A DNA stretch of 20,000 nucleotides. Source: Atractiella rhizophila (Eukaryota). Shown in pieces: positions 11,601 to 20,000 of this stretch (position 1 is the first letter of the stretch; every line of letters begins with the position of its first letter). Under the pieces are notes generated by a model. It had not been told where the DNA came from and did not search any database. It saw nothing but the letters and a program-made list of their open reading frames with translations. The DNA is taken from NCBI GenBank assembly GCA_021432655.1, contig MU271398.1:48480-68479 (forward strand), written 5' to 3'. The translations under genes were made by a program, and so were the position numbers.

Positions 11601-13480
11601 TTCCCTGTCCCGCTCCATTCGCCGCCATCCCCAACCCGCCCATAGCTGCATTCCCATTATTCGGGTTCGCCAGCGCATTCTGTCCGGGACTAGTAGCAGC
11701 CGTCCCCGTTCCACTCCCACTACCTCCACTCCCACTCCTCCCACCCCCACTTCCCCCACTCGCCCTACTCCCTCCTGAACTGCTTCCGCTTCCGCTTCCG
11801 CTGCCTTTCCTGATGTTGTCGGGTCGCAATATAGACAGCATGGCGTTGAGGTTCGGATCTTGGGAAGGGGAAGGGGGGTGGTGGTAGCTTCCCGAGGCTT
11901 TGGAATGCGGATGAGGATGTCTGGGGCCGGGTCCGTGTCGATGCGGAGGTTGAGGGTACGATTGGGGCTGCGAGTAGTTCCACTGATTCATGGGTGGGGG
12001 CGGAGGAGCATAGGGATTCGAATGAGCATGAGGTGGAGGTGGGGGAGGAGGACGGGCGTGGGGGTATGAAGGACCAGGAGGGGAGGGATAGAAGGCTGGA
12101 TAGCTGGCGGACGGGTGTGGATAGCCAGGACGAGGGGGTGGTTTGTGCATGTCTCGGTCTCTCCATTGATTGTCAGGATGTGGAGGAGGAAAGCTATTGT
12201 GATGATACCTCTCCCTAGACCGTGAACGAGAGCGATGTCGACCCTTCCCATGTCTCCGACCACCACCAGGACCGCCGCCATGACCACCATGACGCGGTCC
12301 TCTCCAATCCGACATCTCCGAGCGCTCATCCATCTCTCTTCCTCTCGACGACGCTCCTCCCATGACCGATCCGGACCTGGACGTTCCAGCCCCACCTCCA
12401 AAGGACATGGAGAAAGCATCCCCATCTCCGCTCTCGGACATCCAACTCTGACTCTGACTCTCGCTCCATCCGCTCGCGCTCTCCCTCCCGCTCGTTCCAT
12501 TCACCAAGCTCCCTCCCTCGCTCAAAGACGGTCCATCGTATTCCACTCCGACCGTGACTCGCATCGTCACTTTCTTCCCCCCGCCTCCTGCTCCGGAAGT
12601 CGACGAGGAATAGACGGACGCGCCATCGTCTTCGTCCGTCGGACTGAAGTAGAGGATGGCTTCGATGAGGTCGGAGAGTGAGTCGATCACGTTCACGTCG
12701 CCATCGTCGTCTTGGTAGGTGATCTGGTGATTCGTGGAGGTCGGTGGGAGGGAAAAAGACTGGGCGATCTGTTTCGATTCATCAGCGTCCACTCTAAGAT
12801 GAATATACGAATCGTGATATCTGCAGCATCGACTAGAGGTCTTCTCCGCCCTGACAAGTATTTTTCATTTTTATGATGAAAATGAAATATTGCAGAAATC
12901 GATCTTAATTCGTGTCGTAGCATCCTGCATAGATTGAAACAGAACGATAATGGAGGTCGCCTCCACGCGAAGCAGGGCAGAACAGCAGACAGATGCGTCA
13001 TGCATAGATCCTTCCCTGCCATCTCAACCTCCCCCAACAGACCAAGTATTATAGTAGAACGTCGCCGAAAGAAAACAATCTGAAAACCATGAATCTTTCA
13101 TCTTTCTCCTCAATGAAACCATGAATCTTCATCTTTCTCCTCAAAGTGAAACGATGACTCGCTTCTTTCCACTGTCTTCGGACGTGAGGACGCTCAAGGA
13201 CGGGGAGACCCTCTCGGCTGGTCTCCGAGGAATCAGCACTCTCTTCCCATCTCTTCACCTCTCAACTCCTCATTCATTATACATCATACATCATTCAGAG
13301 TCTTACTCCATCACACACATACGACAGACCAAATAGATAGCAAGAAATAAGACCACGCACTTTACTCTTGAACAGCCCGATGTCGACCCCTCTACAACTT
13401 GGAAACGTGATCCTCCTCGCAGTCGGTAGACGCTCGAAAGAGGCCTTGATGATCAGAGGACAGTGCGGGAGGGAATCCAT
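8608..13480 (-). CDS. PB1 + five ZZ-type zinc-finger protein (p62/SQSTM1-Nbr1-like architecture, ~1331 aa); exons 13480-13361, 12768-10761, 10705-9988, 9926-9006, 8919-8850, 8766-8608
   Basis: PB1: LIIKASF...RRITF in exon 1 and the OPCA motif ITYQDDDGD in exon 2. ZZ fingers after splicing: CSNC..CTSC..CAMC..H; CSIC..CLSC..CLNC..HPVH; CFGC..CAVC..CAKC..HDQTH; CNGC..CANC..CEDC..HDPLH; CDFC..CACC..CYDC..HDQRH. All five introns are GT-AG and the exons sum to 3996 nt. The first ~250 aa of track ORF 8954..10687 are in the wrong frame; the real frame is that of ORF 9963..10547. Confidence 0.88.
10006..10658. repeat. Tandem duplication, 2 x 326 bp plus one junction base (period 327 bp = 109 codons), inside exon 3 of the ZZ gene
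   Basis: 10006-10331 aligns to 10333-10658 without gaps, with 9 substitutions counted by eye. Confidence 0.97.
13081..13160. repeat. ~32-bp tandem repeat (2 copies plus a degenerate partial) in intron 1 of the ZZ gene
   Basis: TGAAAACCATGAATCTTTCATCTTTCTCCTCAA (13081-13113), TGAAACCATGAATCTTCATCTTTCTCCTCAA (13114-13144), then TGAAACGATGACTC. Confidence 0.85.
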
Positions 13481-13844
13481 CCCTCGTCTGTCCTCCACCG
13501 GGGATACGTATCTCTAGAGCAGATCACCAATATGCGAGCGGTTTTTCGTGTGTTCTGCAGATGCAGACGAGATGAGATGGGAATGGGAGATGGAGATGGA
13601 GATGGATAGTAGTTATCCAGGTGGAGTAAATACGAGGTCGCTGTTGCTGCTGACTGCAGCGTTGAAGCGCCGGCGGAAGAGAGAGGCCTTCCCACCATCC
13701 ATCACATCCGTCCGGCCTACTCCCGCCCCACATCATCGGCAACACCCGGGCCATCCCAACCCGCGCTTCGATCATTTATAATCTCACTCACTCCATCCAT
13801 CCATCCATCCTTCCACTCCATCTTCCACTCAGATCAGGCACGCC
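13481..13844. promoter_or_regulatory. Probable bidirectional promoter/5'UTR region shared by the ZZ gene and PanK
   Basis: Only 364 bp separate the divergent ATGs. GGAGAT-type repeats at ~13569-13607 (pyrimidine-rich on the - strand) and (CCAT)n at ~13793-13810 (pyrimidine-rich on the + strand) give each gene a CT-rich leader. Confidence 0.6.
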
Positions 13845-16257
13845 ATGTCCGCCGTCCCACTCACGTCCCGGCTCCTCGTCTCCCTCCATGGCGCCCGCAT
13901 ACTCGACGACCCCCATCTCACCACCTCAGCCGGCGGACAGGAAGGCATAGAGGAGCGTGGCGGAAGTGCTGGTGGAGGGGAGAAGGGAGAGCCGAGCGAG
14001 ATCTACTTGCCTGCTTTCAGGGAGTGGATATCCCATGTCGCCGTCGATGTAAGTCTCTGCTCTCACAGTTCCAATACCAGCAGGGATGGTTGCGCTCTCT
14101 TTTCGTTCTTCTTCTACTCCTAGTTGAATAGTCAGTACCTTGGATACTTGAATCGGTCGAGTGTGGCTACCTTTCTCCTGCTCCTTTAGTAGTCGACTTT
14201 TGTGTGAACGATCAAGCGCCTTGGACAGAAATAAGCATCCTGCGGCGAAGTGCGTTAGCTGTGCCATAAAGCAGAGCAGTCCTCTGGCACCAACAGCTCG
14301 TGATCCTCGCTACGGCTTTCTTCCTGATCTCGAACGATGATCAGAGCGCAGCGGGAGGAAAGCGCCGATTTTCTATATGAAGGCAGAGTGTCGGGAACTA
14401 CTTTTTGCCTTGTTCAACATCGTCATTGTGTTGGTATATTGAGCTTGTCCCTTCATTCCGTTCTCAGACTTAATCCGCTCAACTGAAACGGATCATCCTG
14501 TAGACCTATTTCTTGGAGGACAGGATGAAGATTCGTCCTTTTCCTTCATTTCGCCATGTTGGAAAGGTATAGTGCTGACCACGCCACTAGATTGGTGGCA
14601 GTTTAGCGAAAGTGGTATACTTTACGCGGACCCCGAACCCATCTTCCTCCTCCTCTCCAAACGACTCCTCAATCCCACCTCTCTACTCAGCCTTTCCCCA
14701 GCAATCTGCCTCCGATAACAAAGACGAGGAGGACGATTCATCCTCTGATGTCTCAGCCCAAGACCTCACATCTGCAGATTTCGACCCCACTTCCCACTCT
14801 CGAGACTCCTCCTCATCCCGGCAGCGTCGGCGCAGCGCACGTCCTCCGCCGTCACCACGTATCAATGGCGTTCTAGGGCCTGAAAGCGTCAAGTCTACGC
14901 CGTCAACGAGCAGGAGCAACAGCGTGTCGTATGCGGGCCTCAGTCCAGTCGAGGCAAAGGAGGCGCGGGAGGAGATGTTCGGACCTCCAGCGGCTCAGGC
15001 ACGGACCACTGCTGCAGGACGGAGAGGATCTCTTTCAATGTCTTCGATCCCAGGTGGGAGGTTGAACTTTGTCAAGTTCGAAACGACAGACCTTTCCTCC
15101 CTCACGAATTTCATCAGTACCCTCCTCTCCCTTTCCGCTGCTTGTCATCATGTTCCTCTCTCGACGTTTAAGAAGAGCGTGAAGATATTAGCTACTGGAG
15201 GAGGGGCTCATATGTATGGTGATCTCTTGAAAGAGGAGTTGGGTCTGGAAGTGGGAAGGTATGCGGAGATGGAATGTCTCATCGAAGGATTGGCGTTCGT
15301 GATGCAGGTCGAAGGCGAGGTGTTCTGGTATTCCGACGAGCTTGTGCGGGATCTAACGCATAACCCTGCATACCCTTCCTCCTCAAAATCCCCACCAATC
15401 TCTCCGACAGCAGCAAGCTCGTCGAGATCACAGCAGCCTTTACCGATGGAACGACCCTCTCCTGATCCTCCGAGATATTCTATCCTCTTTGATCCGGATC
15501 CTAAACCTCAGTTCCCGTGTCTTCTCGTCAATATTGGCAGTGGTGTTTCGATATTGAGAGTCGATGATTATGACAAATTTGAACGTGTTTCTGGAACGAG
15601 TTTGGGGGGCGGAACACTCTGGGGATTGCTGAGCCTTTTGACTGGCGCCGGCAGTTTTGATGGTCAGTTGTCCCTCTCAAATAATGAAGAGGAAGTTCCT
15701 TATGATTACACAGAAATGTTGGCGCTTTCGGAGAGGGGAGATAACTCGACAGTGGACATGCTCGTCGGAGACATCTACGGCTCTAACCAAGATTTAGCCA
15801 AGATGGGTCTGAAGTCTTCCACGATCGCCTCCTCTTTCGGAAAGGTGTTCAAGAAAGGGCAAAGGAAGAGAGAATGGAAACCGGAGGACATCTCAAAGAG
15901 TCTCCTTTATGCCATCTCGAACAATATCGGCCAGATTGCGTATGCCTCAGCATCTTCGCTTGTCACCAACGAGCTGATGATTGAATCCTCGAATAGGTAT
16001 ATGAATGCGGAGGCACAGAATGTGGACAAAATCTTTTTCAGCGGCTGCTTCATTCGAGGTTAGTGCTTCTCTCACACGTCCCGAGTCGATTTGCTAAAGG
16101 TCTTGGGACAGGACACGCCGCAACAATGGCCACACTCTCCTATGCCATCCGATTCTGGTCAAAAGGGACGAAGCGCGCTTTATTCCTGAGACATGAGGGA
16201 TATTTAGGAGCTTTGGGGGCGTGGATGAAGAATATGGAGAAGGAGCTAACGACGTAA
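13845..16257 (+). CDS. CAB1: Type II (fumble-family) pantothenate kinase (~569 aa); exons 13845-14048, 14591-15662, 15714-15939, 15997-16058, 16112-16257
   Basis: Splicing restores [14 protein letters not shown]. Further motifs: [75 protein letters not shown]. Introns are 542, 51, 57 and 53 nt, all GT-AG, and the CDS is 1710 nt. Confidence 0.96.
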
Positions 16258-16735
16258 CTTTTGCCGCTGTCAAGCCGCGAAGGATGGTCCCTTCCTAACA
16301 CTATGCGTATACCCCAGCCAAAAGAAGGGGAGGGACCTCATCATAGCTAATCTTGATTTATGTGGAAGTGAACGAGATGTTAGATCGCATTGTACTTGTT
16401 AGAATGTAGAGTATTTTGCTATCGTTTATACATCTTGTAAGGAAAAGGTATTAGAAAGCCTTCACCACCTACTGTTTAGCCAGTACCGAGAAAGTTGACA
16501 ACATTGCACAAGTCTTTGAAAACAGATGGTATGGAGAGTCAATGAATCCTTCCGACCCATTCCTGCACTTCTGCGTGCTGCGCTACCCGTCTCATGGGGT
16601 ATGCTATCTGAAGAAAGATGAACAAGCTTCCAACTCAAAAACGAGCAACTGACGGAGGTGTACCATCGCGTCATGGCGCGAGGCAATTTTATATGTCAGA
16701 CATCTTGATGTTGCTTCTTGTCGTCATGGGAGAGA

Positions 16736-17103
16736 TTAAAGCACCCTCAGCATGGGTCTGTCGTCTGCATTGCGCGGTGATCAATAATAGCTTAGCAGGA
16801 TCATCTTAGAAGAAGCATACAAAAGTTTCCAACTGGAAGTTGGCCAGGACGAGGAGGATTGAGTTTTGGCCGGACAACCTTTGGCTTCTCCTCGTTCTTT
16901 GACTTTTTGCCCTTCCCAAACAACCTCCATTTCTTCTCTTTCACTTCGGTTTCCTTCTCCAGCTTCGCTGCGGATGAGTTTAACGCTTCTTCGAAGGTGG
17001 GAGGTGCATCTTTGTAATCGATGGACTGGCCGCGATTCTCCTCAAAAGAGGACATAGCGGAAGGGGCAGAGGTGAGATTGACGCTGTGAACCGTTGCAGA
17101 CAT
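16736..17103 (-). CDS. Small hypothetical protein (~103 aa); exons 17103-16821, 16764-16736
   Basis: ATG in an AAAATG context and protein-like composition (APPTFEEAL, Lys-rich, Pro-rich). A 56-nt intron (GTATGC...GCTAAG...TGCAG) gives the end PVGNFYDRPMLRVL*. Confidence 0.6.
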
Positions 17104-17856
17104 TTTAGCGCGTTATTGAGGTTTGAGATCGATTTCTCGCTTTGCTGAGCTCTGTTTCTTGCTTTGCTAGATGAGAGAAGGAAAAGAAATGGGCCACCTT
17201 TAAAGAGAAAAACACGGTCAGGGAAGAGTGTTGTGAAGAGTCACAGTTTTGACTGCGCGCAGTATCATGTTGTGGGTGTTCACAAACTGCATTGATGTGT
17301 CCAATCCGTCAACGCATACCTTTTCCTGTTCTGCAACGTCAAATTCCGGGCTTCCATCATCTCCTTGAACAGCTGAAACATGGTCTGGATGCTGCGATTC
17401 CGTTGTCAAACGGCGCTGCCCATGCCAAAGTTTCCAGAACCTTTGAGAATATATACGATTTTCTCTGTCACAATCTCTACGTCCGTTCTCTTCTGTTCTT
17501 CTTTGAACCAATCATTGGAAACGGCGGGAAGGATACTCTCCGAGTCAGCATGGACGGAGTGGACGAGTGGTCTGTCAGATCATCGATCAGCGCCAGCTTT
17601 GAGACGTTAACAACACTGCAAAATGCTCAAACACATGAAATTCTGCCTTCCTCTATGCCTAAATTAGTTCGCAGATATCATGAGATGGTCAAATGATTGT
17701 TGAGCGACAGTTCGACGACAGTCAGCGAGTGAGACTTCAGTGCATGAGCTTGAACGTTTGAAAGCGAGGAGGTTCAAGTTGTTAACTGACACTGACTCAA
17801 GCTCAGGATCCAACGTCTCATGGACAGGACGCCATCATCCCTCCTAGGATAATAAT

Positions 17857-18380
17857 ACTATATGTTATTAGGATCCTTAACACGCTTGATCGAAATTTGA
17901 TGGGATCCTTAACACGGCGCAATTGTGAACCCACAATACGTGGGAATATTCTTTAAACGCCCGGAATACCTCCCAACACCTCTTATTTACTATAGTATGC
18001 GATTTGAGGCCAATATCATGTCTGTTGACTGAAGTATACAAACATGAATATTGGGTGTGCGCTTCCCAGAAACGTGACTCATAAATATTAAAATCGCCTT
18101 TTTGCAGTGAGCATGAGTAGAACTGATTTCGAGAATTAATTTTCTCACTATGCTGCTTAAATTTACGTCAAAAACATCCAGTGCTCATTCATACTTTCTA
18201 CGGGAAACAGAGTTGAAAAAAACAATGATTTTTTGCTAATCACTCAAAGAGATTCCAACCAATTTTATCGCGGTTTAGAGACAAAAATATGCGCGCTTAT
18301 AAGTATTGTATTAGATTTGATGGACTTTATTATACGGTGTTAAGGATCCCGATGTGTTAGGGTTCCTGATAACACATGGT
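17857..18380. mobile_element. MITE-like non-autonomous DNA transposon remnant (~524 bp)
   Basis: Terminal inverted repeats 17857-17883 and 18354-18380 match at 22/27. An inner perfect 14-bp inverted pair GGGATCCTTAACAC lies at 17902-17915 and 18337-18350. The interior is AT-rich with no track ORF. No TSD was identified. Confidence 0.72.
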
Positions 18381-20000
18381 GGTGCAGTCAACGCTCTGTA
18401 CGCGTCTGAGTCCCGTTTTCTCGACAAACCGACAGCCAACATAGGATCTCATTCCCGGACCCGTGCATTCCAAAGCGGGTGATCCAGGTCATCCATGAGG
18501 TGATATTAAGTGATAAATCAAAAGAGAGCTACGAAGTCATGGTGGGAAGAATATATCATGTTTGCGTCTAGAGTCTGAACGATCTGAAAATCGAGTTGAA
18601 TGAGAAAGTCTCACGAGAAATGATGTTTAGATAGGCATTTGGACAGAGGGCAAAGGCGGGCAAGAGGCGTTGAGCGATTGAGCGATAGTTTGTAAGTGTG
18701 CGCCTTGAAGAATGTAGGCTTGGACGGAAAGTTCCGCTGGATGGAAGGAACTCGGATATGGCCAGATTTCTGACTTCATCAGAGCCCATGGTTGGTCAGC
18801 TCTCTCAAGGAGGCCTTTTCCGCCTGCATGAACACCACTATTCATGCTAGAACTAGGGAATGAGAGTAGGCTGGTTTTCGCTTGTCGAAATGGATGGTCT
18901 AGCGGAAAAGATTAACTTGTTAGATCCTTTGCGGAAGAAGGAGACGTAGTAAGAGTATTGTACTATACAGATCATGACATCGGGTCCCGACCAAGTAACC
19001 CTGTTGTGTACCGCCTGTTGCTTTGGTACCAGCAAGGGTGTTCCTGTTTTCAATTCGGGAAGTATGGAAGACGTCGTTTTACATTGATTTTCTGCACAGA
19101 ACGCGAGTATTAGATATTGTATCGTGTAGTAGTTCAAAGGCCGAAGGCTCTAACAAAACAAACACGGATTGGCCTCTTTCCCGCGCCCTAACCCTACATT
19201 GCCAAGCGCCGACTCTTCAATAATTGCAGAAATGTAAGCCAACAGCCGATCCCTCACAATGGCGCGAGAATGGTGCAATATAAGGCAGCTTTCTTTGCTC
19301 CCTGAAGACCGTCTCCCGGCGTCGAATGAATGAGCCTGCGCATGAGCAAGGTGGTGGCTTAGGAAGCGCCTTATCAAAAGCAGAAGCAACGTCGTATTAT
19401 CACTTTTGCGCTACGAGGTCGAGTCCATCTACGTAGTGACCGATAGAGTAACAAGTCAATGTTAGAATAAGATCGTCCCCTTGCGCATGGCGACCTGAAC
19501 ATCTAAGGTCCACTAGTATTTGTCCTCTTCCATTTTTGGATAGTACAGAAGTCGAAGAACGCCTATACCTCCTTATTGCTCGAGCTCGAATGTACAAGAG
19601 GGGTAAAACGGAAGTCTTTTGAGTCGAGGTAGGAGGAGAAGACAGGTTCAAGAAAGCATCCCTTCTTAGAAACCTTGCAGACCGAGCATAGGAGCTTGGG
19701 CTTAGCCAAAGACGCCATAGTGGAGGGAGCAAGGTACCTGTAGTCCGACCATCAAGGTATAGGGGGGCCCTACACATCGAGCAAGTTTGTCCGCCTGTCA
19801 CTTGAACACCGCTCACTCCTGCCGACGCGTAACCTCAGGATTCCGAGGACGAGGACTTCCCTTCAGTCACCGAACCCAGGTGGAGATCTCATTGTCTGGC
19901 TAGTGACGGTGAGCAAATTAACCTGCAAACTTAGACTTGTGCAGAGGACCACCGAGCAACATCAATGAAACCTGGGTGTAACAACGAGACGGAACAACTC

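Noticed and set aside
10774..12681. Many antisense and alternate-frame ORFs over ZZ exon 2
   Set aside because: Expected by-products of GC-rich low-complexity coding sequence.
17218..17696. Three overlapping ORFs upstream of the small orphan gene
   Set aside because: No recognisable domain, and none could be supported over the others.
18568..18845. Possible F-box pseudogene fragment (YRSIAQRLL resembles TSPAQRLL)
   Set aside because: The similarity covers a few residues only and no F-box core precedes it.

Overview
Intron-rich eukaryotic (fungal, basidiomycete-like by inference) genomic DNA. The ORF track is misleading here because most genes are spliced. Seven genes were rebuilt by hand from GT-AG introns. 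(1) The 3' end of an ELMO/CED-12 gene (+). (2) An F-box-like gene (-). (3) An NAD(P)-binding 6PGDH/3-hydroxyisobutyrate-DH-like (DUF1932-type) gene (-). (4) A 6-exon orphan with a 26-nt micro-exon, a Cys/His knuckle and a coiled coil (-). (5) A ~1331-aa PB1 + five-ZZ-finger p62/Nbr1-like protein (-). (6) A type II pantothenate kinase (+), head-to-head with gene 5. (7) A ~103-aa orphan (-). The main oddities are a 327-bp in-frame tandem duplication in the ZZ gene whose 9 differences are all synonymous, and a 542-nt hairpin-rich first intron in PanK. There is also a ~520-bp MITE-like element and, speculatively, a telomere-template-like 11-mer followed by a long helix in the non-coding last 1.6 kb.
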